64,000 nucleotides of DNA, from IMG/VR virus record IMGVR_UViG_3300037400_001273, positions 12,034-76,033 of that record; one strand, written 5' to 3'. Shown piece after piece: positions 47,426-57,530 of this stretch (its first letter is position 1; each line of letters starts with the position of its first letter). This stretch comes from a virus. Taxonomy: Duplodnaviria > Caudoviricetes. The notes under the pieces are model-generated. The model was given only the letters and a program-made list of their open reading frames with translations, did no database searches and had not been told where the DNA came from. Position numbers and translations under genes: made by a program.

Positions 47426-49617
47426 GACATTCTAATTTTATCGTTATAAGGATTATCATCATATAATTGAGCTTTTTCAATAAGAACTTTATCTTGATCT
47501 ACTTGAGCCTCAATTGTTTTATAATCTCTGTCTGTTTGTGCTTTATACATATTAACTTGTTTGTCGTATTCTATTTTACGAGCATCTAATTGCATACGAG
47601 CTTCATTAAGATTTTCAACTTTAGATTTAAGTTGAGCGTTTTCGTTTTGAAGTTGTTGTAATTGTTGTTGTGCTTCTTGTAACTGTTGTTGAAGTTGTTG
47701 AATTACATTATTCTCTTCCTTCTGTTTCTTTAAAGCTCTTCTGATTTTTATTTTAACATCAGTAGGACTTTTACAAGTTACAATTTCAAATAGAATATCG
47801 GCAGGAAGTTGTCCACCTTTAATAAAATCAGGAAGTACTGCTTTTATTTGTTCAAGGTCTTGAACAAGATCTGAAGTAGTAACTACACTAATGTCATAAT
47901 CAGTTACTGTGAAATGTTCAGGTAAAGCAGTAAATATCTTTTGTCGTTTATCACCTAAAATAATAGTTCCTGTTATTCCTTTCTTGTAAACAACTTTTGC
48001 TACATTTAAAGAATCAATAAGTAGTTCAGCAGTAATAGTATCCATTTGATGGAACCATTGTTTAGTAACAATAAATGAGTTTTGAACTCCTTGTTTAATA
48101 TTACTAACTGCATCACGTTGTTCGATTCCTTGTAGTCTTTCTCTGAATACTCCTGTTATAGAAGAACAATTATCTTCTACATCTTGAATAGCTAATTGAA
48201 TACCTTGAATAGCTTGTACTTTAATAGTATCATCAAATCCGTTAAAAGTTTGATTAAGTGGAGCTTGTCCAGAAGCTATTCTTCCTTCTTGAGCTGTATC
48301 AATTAGTCCTACTCCGGCTTTTTTGTAACTGATCCATTTAAGCAATCTTTCTGCTGGTTCTGGTCCTAAGTATGTTGGAATAAGGGAAGTATCGATCCAA
48401 TCACCAACAGTTCCACTATTTGCAATAAGATTATCTCTGAAAAAGTGTAATATATCATACTTGTCTTGAAGATGTGCACAAGCGAGAACTAATGAATATG
48501 GTTCATCGCTTCTATTTAAGAAATATAAACCATTAATTGATAATGTACAATATGCAGGATCGTCTTTAGAACGAACTACATTTTCATTCTTACCTCTTAA
48601 TATGAAGAAGCTATCTTCAGATTGATTATCTCCAATACGGATAGTTTCGTATCTTTGCATAATAAAGTCTTTGTCTGTTTCAATCCATTCAACTTCATAT
48701 ACAGGAATTAATCTATAATTAGCATTACTTTTAGCATCAAGTCCAAAAGTACTTTCAAATCTTGCTTGAATACCTTCTGACATTGGAGAAGGGATTCCTT
48801 CAAGACCTCTCATATAGAAACTTCCACCTTGGTCTAATTCCTCAAATTCTTCTTTAAGACGAGCAACGTCTTCATCAGATAATTCTTTTCCATAACGAGC
48901 TAAGATTTCTGGACGTGTCATCCATTTTCTTACAACTGCTCTATATGAATCTTTTACATAAGGAGATTCAGGGTTTCTATCAATAAAAGTATTACGAGGA
49001 TCTAATACTTCTATTTCAACATTTGTTTTTCCAGAAGATGGTTTTGCTTTATAAAAAGTATATCCTGTTATAAATAGGTCAAGAAGAATTGTTTTTAACT
49101 TAGTTAATAAGTCAGTTCTTCTACTCTAAAGAATATACTGAACTATATTTTGAGCAGCAACTTCATATTCAGATATGAAGTCTTCCTCTATATCTTCCAT
49201 TAATTGATCTAATTGTCTTTTGATTGAAGCATCATCCATTGCCTAACCAGTAATGAACTTTAAAATATTATTTTGTAAATGATGACTCAAAAATTCTTTA
49301 AATTGAGCATCTATTTTAAGTTGCTTCTCTCTTTGAATATTTGTTATTGTTTCTTTATCTTTACACGTAATTTTTGGTAATATAGGAGTTCCTAAAAATT
49401 CTCCAACCATCGCATCAACGTGTTTTCTTACCAACGGAGTAAATTCAACAGAAGTAGGTGTACCTATTCCGAAATTGTCTTCGAGATACTTATATTGTTC
49501 AGCATCTCGTTTTCCGTTGTATATATTATACGCTTTCTGAAGTTCAATTTTATCGAATACTAAGTCAGAAATCGTTCTATTTGTTAATTTAATTAATCTT
49601 TCGTCTTCGTTAGTCAT
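47422..49617 (-). CDS. Portal protein, 731 aa (2 TAG=Gln)
   Basis: MTNEDERL...YNGKRDAEQYKYLEDNFGIGTPTSVEFTPLVRKHVD.. joins 47422..48921 across two TAGs. Canonical TerL-x-portal order. Confidence 0.85.
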
Positions 49618-49900
49618 TAGGGAAAACTCTATATAATCCAAATAATTCTACTCTATCTAAACCTCGTGTTCTTAACTCTTCATAAATATATTTTAAAAAT
49701 TTATCACGAGGAAGCTGTCCATCTATAAATATAGGATTCTGACCATGAAGTAAATCAATCGCAACAGAATATCCAATTGGATATAAAGGCTTAACATCAA
49801 GTTTTCCTATAAACTTACATTCGTATAATTCTTCAATCATACAAATTACTTCTTTTTTAATAGTCTCTATATCTTGGGTTTGTTTGTCTTCCATATCCAT
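49610..49900 (-). CDS. Small conserved protein between TerL and portal
   Basis: Intact 96-aa ORF overlapping both neighbours. Confidence 0.7.
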   Translation of the reverse strand: MDMEDKQTQDIETIKKEVICMIEELYECKFIGKLDVKPLYPIGYSVAIDLLHGQNPIFIDGQLPRDKFLKYIYEELRTRGLDRVELFGLYRVFPND

Positions 49901-51188
49901 AAGTTTTAGTTGGAGCGGTCATTATTAATTTAGGAGCATACTTATCTGGTATTACACCAAAATGTCTAACTCCTTTTTCATCTTTATAATATCCTATATC
50001 GTTATATTTTATTTGCACAGGTGCAACTGTTTTAGGAACTAAAGAACCTAATTCTTCATTACCCATAAGTGCCATACCTGTAGCAGCAATAATATCGAAT
50101 TTACGTTTTTCTTCATCACTATATTTGTTTGCTTCCACAAGAAACTCTTCAAACCAAATACTTTGTGAGAAGTCGTTTATATAATCTCTTGTTAAATCAG
50201 TATGGTGATCAATATTAGCTAAAGTAGCTGGTACACCATATTGTAATCCAGCTCTATGTTTTCTTGTAACATCAGAAAAACAAATACTAGGACGTTTCAT
50301 TAAATAATTTAACCATCCTTTATCTCTACAATATCCAACTAAAGATACACGAGATGCCTCTATGTTTATTAAACAATTATAATACATTGCTAATTTAATA
50401 GCGGTCTCATGTGCTTCTCTTATATCTTGTGGTCTATCTTTATAAATAGCAACAATTTGTGGATCTTGTATTCCAAATGCTCTTTTATATATTACTATAC
50501 AGAAATCAGATGGATCTTTTGTATATTCAGATGTATCTTGTTTACCTAAGTCAATACCGTCACAACCTGCAACATAGAGATTTGCTTGCTTATCTGGTGG
50601 ATTCCAGATAACCATTCCGTTTTCATCTTTCTTTGGAGGACATTCCCATAAAGGATGTTCAAGAATTTTAATTGTACCAGGTCCTTGTTGTGTAGATTGC
50701 CAAGTAACACCATTTACATTTTCATGTGTATGTTGTTTTCCAGAAGCATAATTAAATTTAAGAACACCATAATCAAACTTAGGACATTGTTTTAATACAC
50801 GAATACGCATCAATTGTTCTGCAATAAGAACTTTATTAAATTTGTTTTCACCCTCAAGTGCAAACGCTTCTTCTGCATTATAACAATACTCAGCACAGTG
50901 TTCAATTAAAGCTTTAGGATTTTTAATCTTAGATCTATCTAAGTCTAATTGTTCTTTATAATTTTCCCATAAGCAATAACCTCTTTCATCTAATAGACGT
51001 CTTTTAACTCCATCAGAATCTTCACCAAATTCAGTTACTGCTCCAATATAAGAAGGAATAAAATATGAACTTTCAACCCAATCGCCTGTTGGTGTATAAT
51101 TATGATAAAATGGTAATACATCGAAAGATTCTGGATCATTATACATATCCGCAAGATCTGCAAGTGCAACACCTTTATCACCTCCAGT
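49857..51188 (-). CDS. terL: Terminase large subunit exon 2 (nuclease domain)
   Basis: TGGDKG continues IRMCGG of exon 1; YVAGCDGID and NIEAS nuclease motifs. The spliced protein is 790 aa. Confidence 0.9.
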   Translation of the reverse strand, partial: TGGDKGVALADLADMYNDPESFDVLPFYHNYTPTGDWVESSYFIPSYIGAVTEFGEDSDGVKRRLLDERGYCLWENYKEQLDLDRSKIKNPKALIEHCAEYCYNAEEAFALEGENKFNKVLIAEQLMRIRVLKQCPKFDYGVLKFNYASGKQHTHENVNGVTWQSTQQGPGTIKILEHPLWECPPKKDENGMVIWNPPDKQANLYVAGCDGIDLGKQDTSEYTKDPSDFCIVIYKRAFGIQDPQIVAIYKDRPQDIREAHETAIKLAMYYNCLINIEASRVSLVGYCRDKGWLNYLMKRPSICFSDVTRKHRAGLQYGVPATLANIDHHTDLTRDYINDFSQSIWFEEFLVEANKYSDEEKRKFDIIAATGMALMGNEELGSLVPKTVAPVQIKYNDIGYYKDEKGVRHFGVIPDKYAPKLIMTAPTKTYGYGRQTNPRYRDY

Positions 51189-52337
51189 CGTTATGTTATC
51201 TTATAAGTTTTTTATCTTATAATTCTTATGTTTTGATTCACATAAGTCCAGCGTACATTTTCATTTAATTAATAAATGTCGGACACTCTTGGATATATTA
51301 TATTCTATTATAAAATAGGTTCAATATCTACGCGTTACACTATTTAATTATATTATTAATTAAATTAGCACGGTATTTCCATCTCAGGATTCACCGTTTT
51401 TGCCCGATTTAAGGGCGGCAAAATCATTAATATAAATATTATATTTTCTGTCTAAATAAATATTAGAATTTTTATACATCAATTCAGCTGCTTTATTAGC
51501 TTTTGAAGTACTATAAGAAAGTCTATATGTTGCCTTATTACAATTAGGTTTTTGCATAATATAACCTTTACCTAAATATTTTTCAACTCCTTCTAAAAAA
51601 TTTTTTGTTCCAACAAACATTAATGATTCTTCTAAATTTTTATTTTTATTACTATGTTGATAAACACCTAATGTACCATCACCATCAAAATAACCTCTTA
51701 TAAAATCATAAATTAATTTTTTATCAGAAAAAATATTTTCATCAGGAAATGTTAAAATTAAAGATTTATTAGGAACACAACCTAATTTATACAAACTGTT
51801 CCATAAATGTTCATTAGTTAAAACAGTTCTTACAATATATAAAATCTTTCCATCTTTATTTTTATTATCTTTACTTCCAAATTGATGTGTTTCATAAACA
51901 TTTAATCCTTTATCATAATTCATAAATTCGTTGAATTTTTTAAGATGATCTATATCTTTTAAAGATAAATCAAGTCCTACTTGATAAGATTTAGATGCTA
52001 AATATCCATCTGCATATAAAAAGCCAAGCCAATATGCTTTTTCTTCTGTATCTATAATATCAAAAATAGTATTATTAAATTTACATACGTGTCTTTTTAT
52101 TTCTATACCTTTTTCTTTAAGATATTTACTTAATGTTTTTTTATTAATTCCGAATTTATTACTTATTTTTGCAATACTTTTATCACAATCTGGAGTATTG
52201 ATATATTCTTTTATAGCTTCTTCTATAATTAATTTTTTTATTTGACTTTTAGATAAATTTTCGTTATTCATTCCAGTTATTTTTAGAATTTATAATTACT
52301 AATCTATAATATTTATTTAAGATTTATCTGGACGTTT
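51189..52337 (-). ncRNA. Group I intron in terL (1149 nt)
   Basis: Exon ends GGU and intron ends ...AUAACG. IGS GCCGCC (51414-51419) pairs with exon GGCGGU. R GTGTAACGCGTAG 51328-51340 and S AATGTACGCTGG 51248-51259 form P7 GCGUA/UACGC. Confidence 0.85.
51384..52271 (-). CDS. LAGLIDADG homing endonuclease with N-terminal HTH (intron-encoded)
   Basis: KAYWLGFLYADG and DFIRGYFDGDG double motif; N-terminal SIAKISNKFGINKKTL HTH. Confidence 0.9.
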   Translation of the reverse strand: MNNENLSKSQIKKLIIEEAIKEYINTPDCDKSIAKISNKFGINKKTLSKYLKEKGIEIKRHVCKFNNTIFDIIDTEEKAYWLGFLYADGYLASKSYQVGLDLSLKDIDHLKKFNEFMNYDKGLNVYETHQFGSKDNKNKDGKILYIVRTVLTNEHLWNSLYKLGCVPNKSLILTFPDENIFSDKKLIYDFIRGYFDGDGTLGVYQHSNKNKNLEESLMFVGTKNFLEGVEKYLGKGYIMQKPNCNKATYRLSYSTSKANKAAELMYKNSNIYLDRKYNIYINDFAALKSGKNGES

Positions 52338-53378
52338 ACCGCCGCACATTCTTATACCGAATTTTTTACCTCCAATATATATTAAAGCTTTTCCTTTAAT
52401 ATAAGATTTACGTAAGGCTGTATTTGAACCAGCCTCTTCATATACTAATAAATCAACACGGTCTCCACGAATCTTAGCATCAGTATCTGCTACTACACCC
52501 TCAATTTGTGATTTCCATCCAACTTCAATATCTTGTCCGTTTTCTTTTTTATACCATGATGATTTTTTAAGATATTGTGTATTGTGTACTTGGGTAAGTT
52601 TAAACATACCTCCATTAGTATTATCATTAGTAAATGCTAATGCTCCCCAAGCTTTATTTAATGATTTCTCAAGATAATTTTTAAGTTGTGCTGTAATCAT
52701 ACAATTACTTTCTCTGAAGCAATTATAAATATTAGCACATATTGCTGCGTTGATCTCACTAAATCCAACACCACGTGCTTTCATCAAGCAAACATCCTTT
52801 TTAAGGATTCTACATATTTCAAAATAATGAAAGAATTCATACTAAAAAACTAAGAATCTTGGGAATACCGCAAGACGTCCACTACCAGCTTTTTCTACAT
52901 CAATATCAGGTAATTGATAATAATTAAGATAATAGTAATTCGGACCCGTAAGTGTATAACCATTTACAGTATATCCTTCTCTACATCTTTTATATTCTTC
53001 ATTCCAAAACTCATTATATATTTTAGAACCAAAAGGATAAGCACAGTATTTACCTGTTCTAATAAACGTATCACGAGCTACTGTAAACCATTCTGGTCTA
53101 AAGTCTAAACTTTTAGTAGCTGTGATAGGTTTATATCCTGTAAGTTCATATGATAATCGTTTATCAAAACGTTTAATATGTTCTGTTTTTGGAACGTCCC
53201 AACCTGTAAATGGTTCTTCTATTACTTCTTTAATAACAGGTTCTTCATTTACAGGAGTTTCATTTTGAACTTTTTCAATTATTTCTTTTACTTCTTGTGG
53301 AACTTCAATTGGTTGTTTTTTAGGTCGACCTCTTTTTTTAGCAATACTTCCGTCTTTATTATATTTAATTTCAGTCAT
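52338..53378 (-). CDS. terL: Terminase large subunit exon 1 (ATPase domain; one TAG=Gln)
   Basis: Track ORFs 52842..53378 and 52317..52787 are in frame across TAG 52842. Walker A-like KARGVGFS and Walker B LLVYEEAG. Confidence 0.9.
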
Positions 53379-53380
53379 AA

Positions 53381-53965
53381 TTAATAAGTAGGCATAAACC
53401 CTTCTGTAGCTCCAGCACGTATTTTAGATTTAGCAGAAATATCTTTTTTAACTTGATCGGTTAATGTTTTTAACTCTTCAAGAACTTTATCTAATGATGA
53501 TATTTCAGCCATAATATCTTTTACTTTATAAATAGGTTTACCTGTTTGAGGATCACGTTCCTCTGGGTCTATGTTATTAAAGTAATCAATAAATTTATCT
53601 ACTGTATTCTAAGCAGCTTGTAAAACTTTTATAGAACGTGTTGAATTTTGTATTTCACGATATTTTCTACAAGCTGCTCTAAATATAGGATCGTTAAATT
53701 CTTCTTCTGTAAGATTAGCATCTCTTAACGCTTCTTGATGTCTTTCTTGATTTGAATAATCGGCATATAAACTTTGCCAATCTAATGCTAACCAAATATA
53801 TGTAAATTCTCTAAATGCTCTTAAATGTTGGATTCCTTCTGGATCTTCTTTACAAACATTTCTCTTATTATCCATTAAAGCGTGAAATTCATCAATAAGA
53901 ATTAATTCGCCTACATTTAATTCAACTTGCCCTGTAACATTATTGTATCCAAAGATCTTTTCCAT
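53381..53965 (-). CDS. Putative terminase small subunit / conserved TerL neighbour, 194 aa (one TAG=Gln)
   Basis: Read-through of TAG 53609 to TAA 53381, 3 nt before TerL; helical. The TerS call is positional inference. Confidence 0.55.
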
Positions 53966-53968
53966 AAA

Positions 53969-54460
53969 TTATTTAAAGAATATTTTACCTCCAAACTTAT
54001 GTTTAGAAGCTAATTTAGAACCACCACAAGCTTTTTTTGCTTTTCCTCCATTACAAGCAGCTTGAACATCTGCTGGAGTATTTTGTTTAAAATATTGCTT
54101 CTTGGTTACTTTAGCACCTTTTTCTTGTTTAGCAATACACTTAGAACAAATCTTATTACCATTTTTATAATAAGATACTTCTGTTCCTTCTGGACACAAT
54201 CCTTTTAGCTTTTTAAGATATTCGAGTTTTGCGCCATTCTTAGCTACTTGTGGCTATCCACCTTGTTGTAATACTTGTTGAAATTCCATTAGTTCGTCCT
54301 CTAATTTAGTTTCACCGTTTTCACCCGGTGTAGATTGAAGTTGTTGTACTAAAGTATCAATGTCTTCAGTTTGATACTTTTCTGCAAGATACTACATAAA
54401 CATTTCTTGCATTTGTTGTTGATCTGTTACTTGTCCTCCTTGTTGAAAATACTTAATCAT
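53969..54460 (-). CDS. Small Gln-rich protein with Cys motif, 163 aa (2 TAG=Gln)
   Basis: ATG 54460 (MIKYFQQGG) is in frame with the track ORF 53969..54199; CPEG...C..C motif. Confidence 0.7.
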
Positions 54461-54678
54461 AATTTAATAAGGTCTTTTGTATTAAACACTGCTTCTTGTA
54501 GTTCACCTTTATCTGTGAACCATCTACAACGGATTCCCATTAATCCGTTATCTTTAACATCTTTTTGATTCTTAAAGATATATGTTTCTTTTTTAACAAC
54601 AAGCATAGTGGGCTTGTTAGGAATATCCTATTTCAAGCTCACTATATCTCCTGGCATAAAATAAATTTTACTTTCCAT
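54457..54678 (-). CDS. DUF2158/YodC-like small protein, 73 aa (one TAG=Gln)
   Basis: FMPGDIVSLK(TAG)DIPNKPTMLV...CRWFT..GELQEAVFNTKDL. Not in the track. Confidence 0.7.
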
Positions 54679-55276
54679 ATTTAATTTCGTTTGGTATTTC
54701 ATTAAAACGTTTGTTTAGTCCATCATTTATAACAGCTACAATACTTCGCTCAGAAATGCACATGATTCCTGTATTATAAAGAGGAACAGGAATTTGATTA
54801 GGACGAATGTACATAACTGTATCACCTGGTTTTATGTATTTAACTTCAGGTCCAACTTCTACAACATCACCTACAATGATATAAGGTTCCTCTTTTTCCA
54901 TCTTTCCAGATTCATGTGAAAAATCTTCTGGAATAAGACCACCTGTATCAATTATAAGTCCACCTTCTTTCTTCATTTTCTGGAAAGGGTTAGTTGCATA
55001 AGGTACAACGTGAATTTTTTCAAATAAAGGTTTACATTCAATATGTTCTATTTTTTCAGAAAGTTTAGCAGTAGCTTCTGCGAGAACCTTTTGCTGATTA
55101 TTAAAGTCTTCATTATATTTTTCAACTTCATCGTTAAACTTAGCTCTTGCTTCATTTTCTGCAATTTTCTTTAAATCACGTTCACTGTTTAAAGGAAGTA
55201 TTCTATCACTTTCTGCTCCACCTAATCTTTGTGCTAATTTTTCTTGCTCTGTAAAGTTTGTTCTTTCAATACTCAT
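54668..55276 (-). CDS. GroES-like co-chaperonin domain protein
   Basis: KPLFEKIHV...GGLII...GDVVEVGPEVKYIKPGDTVMY...ISERSIVAV matches the Cpn10 pattern. Confidence 0.7.
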   Translation of the reverse strand: MSIERTNFTEQEKLAQRLGGAESDRILPLNSERDLKKIAENEARAKFNDEVEKYNEDFNNQQKVLAEATAKLSEKIEHIECKPLFEKIHVVPYATNPFQKMKKEGGLIIDTGGLIPEDFSHESGKMEKEEPYIIVGDVVEVGPEVKYIKPGDTVMYIRPNQIPVPLYNTGIMCISERSIVAVINDGLNKRFNEIPNEIKYGK

Positions 55277-55282
55277 AATTCA

Positions 55283-55579
55283 TTACCATTTTGATGCGGG
55301 ACACATTGCTTCAGGAAGTGTGGTTTTAGCCCGCAATCTACAACCACATCCTCTAATATAACCATTTTTCTTTTCTAAAGAAACATTATTTGTTTTTGGA
55401 TCTAACCACTTTCTACTATCACAGGTTTCACCTAAACCCGGAGTATTCTATCTATATAAAGGACATTTCTTACAAATTTGAATTCTTTTAGCAGATATTT
55501 CTTCTCCTAAATTAAACCACTCATTAAGATGTCCTTGTATTATTTGTTTACCTTGTTGTAATATATTGTTTGATCCCAT
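55283..55579 (-). CDS. Cys-rich Zn-binding protein, 98 aa (one TAG=Gln)
   Basis: RIQICKKCP...C...GCGCRLRAKT...CPASKW. Not in the track. Confidence 0.7.
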
Positions 55580-55679
55580 AGATATTAATCCTTTCGATTA
55601 TTTATTAATGTTGTTTTTAGTATTTGATTTAAAAAATTACAATACTCTAAAATATAAAGTTACGATATATCTACTCAGA

Positions 55680-56585
55680 TTAATATTCTATAGGAACACG
55701 TTTAGCTCTTTGAATTTCTTTAATTAAATTCTTTTTATGAAATTTAAGCATTCTTTCTACTTCATCTTTCAAGTAATCCAAGTGATATACTGTTTGATTT
55801 CCTTGATGATCGAAATGAACAAGAATTAAATCTTTAATTACAAACTTAGGATTTAATTGTTGAATCATCCAAGCATAAGTAGAAAGTTGTAAAGTATAGT
55901 GCATATAATTACAATCATCAAGAGTATTTAATGGATATTTCATTTTAGCTGTTGATTTAGTTTGTGTATTGAATCCACCTTTTAAATCAATTTTCTTATT
56001 TGTTTTGTAATCTATAATAATGATTTCATTACCATGTTTAACAAGTAAGTCAATTTGTCCAGCTATTCTTAATATTCCATCTTTTGATTCTCTAGAAATT
56101 AAATATTCTGGATAAACTCCATTTTCTAAATCTAGAGTATTTCTATTCTTTTCACATACAAACTTACCACCTACTCCAAATTTTTTAAGTGATACGTTTG
56201 CTCCCATTTCATACATAGAATTTTCTAACTGTGCATGAATTGCTGTACCTCTTTCACAAGACTTAAAATTCTCTTGTTGCCAAGCATCTAAAATATCTTG
56301 TTGAGTTTTGTTAAAATCATTTTCGGAAATGTCATAATTTGAAAGAATCTCTTTATCAAATCTTTTTGTTTGTAATAATTCTTTCTTTAACATTTTCCAC
56401 ATTTCACCATCTACTAATTTTTCTAATGCTTTATATGCAGACCAGAACTCTTTATCGAAAGGTTGTGTAAAACTGTGGATTAAAGTAGTTACTGACACAT
56501 ATTTTGCAGACGGATCAGTTTGATCCCAATAAATATGCTCTTTTTCAGCGAAGCATATGTTTCCATTCTGTTTAGTAATTTCCAT
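55680..56585 (-). CDS. PD-(D/E)XK (Cas4-like) nuclease
   Basis: SVTTL, GTAIH, AGQIDLL, IIDYKT and YTLQLSTY motifs. Confidence 0.85.
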   Translation of the reverse strand: MEITKQNGNICFAEKEHIYWDQTDPSAKYVSVTTLIHSFTQPFDKEFWSAYKALEKLVDGEMWKMLKKELLQTKRFDKEILSNYDISENDFNKTQQDILDAWQQENFKSCERGTAIHAQLENSMYEMGANVSLKKFGVGGKFVCEKNRNTLDLENGVYPEYLISRESKDGILRIAGQIDLLVKHGNEIIIIDYKTNKKIDLKGGFNTQTKSTAKMKYPLNTLDDCNYMHYTLQLSTYAWMIQQLNPKFVIKDLILVHFDHQGNQTVYHLDYLKDEVERMLKFHKKNLIKEIQRAKRVPIEY

Positions 56586-56638
56586 ATAACATTTACATTA
56601 ACATTTTATTATTATTTTTTGTTTAATCTCATATTTAT

Positions 56639-56669
56639 TTTGTAATATTCAAAGATAAGATTATTTTTG
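56639..56669 (+). promoter_or_regulatory. Bacteroidota-type promoter (+)
   Basis: TTTG 56639-56642, 19 nt, TATTTTTG 56662-56669. Confidence 0.65.
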
Positions 56670-56680
56670 TAAAAATCAAA
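56650..56680 (-). promoter_or_regulatory. Bacteroidota-type promoter (-) heading the packaging/tail operon
   Basis: Minus strand TTTG 56677-56680, 19 nt, TATCTTTG 56650-56657. Confidence 0.7.
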
Positions 56681-56712
56681 TTAAAAACAATTAATAAAAA
56701 TTAAATTTTAAA

Positions 56713-56838
56713 ATGGACTTAAATTCACTTAATTTCGGAGAACTAAACGGATTTACATTTGAAAATTTTAGTAGTTCGTTAGGTTCTATTGCAAATGTTA
56801 CGCCAAAGTTAATTAAGAAACGTAAAAAGAAAAAGTAA
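56713..56838 (+). CDS. Short peptide with Lys-rich tail (41 aa)
   Basis: MDLNSLNFGELNGFTFENFSSSLGSIANVTPKLIKKRKKKK; first ORF after the promoter, ending 3 nt before the next ATG. Confidence 0.5.
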   Translation: MDLNSLNFGELNGFTFENFSSSLGSIANVTPKLIKKRKKKK

Positions 56839-56840
56839 AT

Positions 56841-57530
56841 ATGGAAAATTTTGATATACCTTGGCAACATTATAACCCAGTAGAAAGTCCAACTTATGAC
56901 GGATATTTTCCTGAGGTTATTTCTCTTAAAGATCCTGAAGAATCAAGTATTGGAACTATTCCTGATATTGATGCTTTAAAATTAAAAAGTTATCAGACTA
57001 CTGAAAATCCTTTTAAACAAGAAGAAACATCAGCTTCTGCTTTTGGTGGATTTCAATATTTTGATAGATTTTTGCCAAATGAAATTGTTAATCCTGTAGT
57101 AGAAGAAAAAATATCTAACAATGATATGGTAAAATATTTTGTTAATAAAGGATTAAGTTATAATCAAGCTCGTGGTTTATGTGGTAATTTACTTCATGAA
57201 TCAGGAGGAGGAATACATAATATAGTTCAAGGAGGAAAAAGAGGTAGTTTAAAAATAGATGGAAAGACAGGATATGGTTTAGCACAATGGACTTCTCGTG
57301 ATAGACAACAAGGTCTACTTGATTTTGCTGGAACTTATACTCCAACTAAGAAACAACAATTAGATTATGTATGGTATGAATTAACTCATGAATATTCTAA
57401 AGTTTTAGATAAACTTAAACAAACTAAAACAATAGAAGATGCTACACGTTTAATAATGGATAATTATGAACGTCCTAGTAAAGAACACGCTAATTATAAT
57501 AGTAGACTTAAATATGCAAGAAGCGTATGA
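56841..57530 (+). CDS. Phage tail lysozyme (Phage_lysozyme2-like) protein
   Basis: GLSYNQARGLCGNLLHESGG...GYGLAQWT..RQQGL...QQLDYV..EL...YERP motifs. Confidence 0.85.
   Translation: MENFDIPWQHYNPVESPTYDGYFPEVISLKDPEESSIGTIPDIDALKLKSYQTTENPFKQEETSASAFGGFQYFDRFLPNEIVNPVVEEKISNNDMVKYFVNKGLSYNQARGLCGNLLHESGGGIHNIVQGGKRGSLKIDGKTGYGLAQWTSRDRQQGLLDFAGTYTPTKKQQLDYVWYELTHEYSKVLDKLKQTKTIEDATRLIMDNYERPSKEHANYNSRLKYARSV

Noticed and set aside
47422-53378. Inteins in TerL or portal
   Set aside because: The TerL insertion has a stop in the exon frame and RNA core elements. No C/S...HN intein ends were seen.
55680-56585. Cas4 as part of a CRISPR-Cas locus
   Set aside because: No repeat-spacer array or other cas genes were seen; solitary PD-(D/E)XK nucleases are common in these phages.
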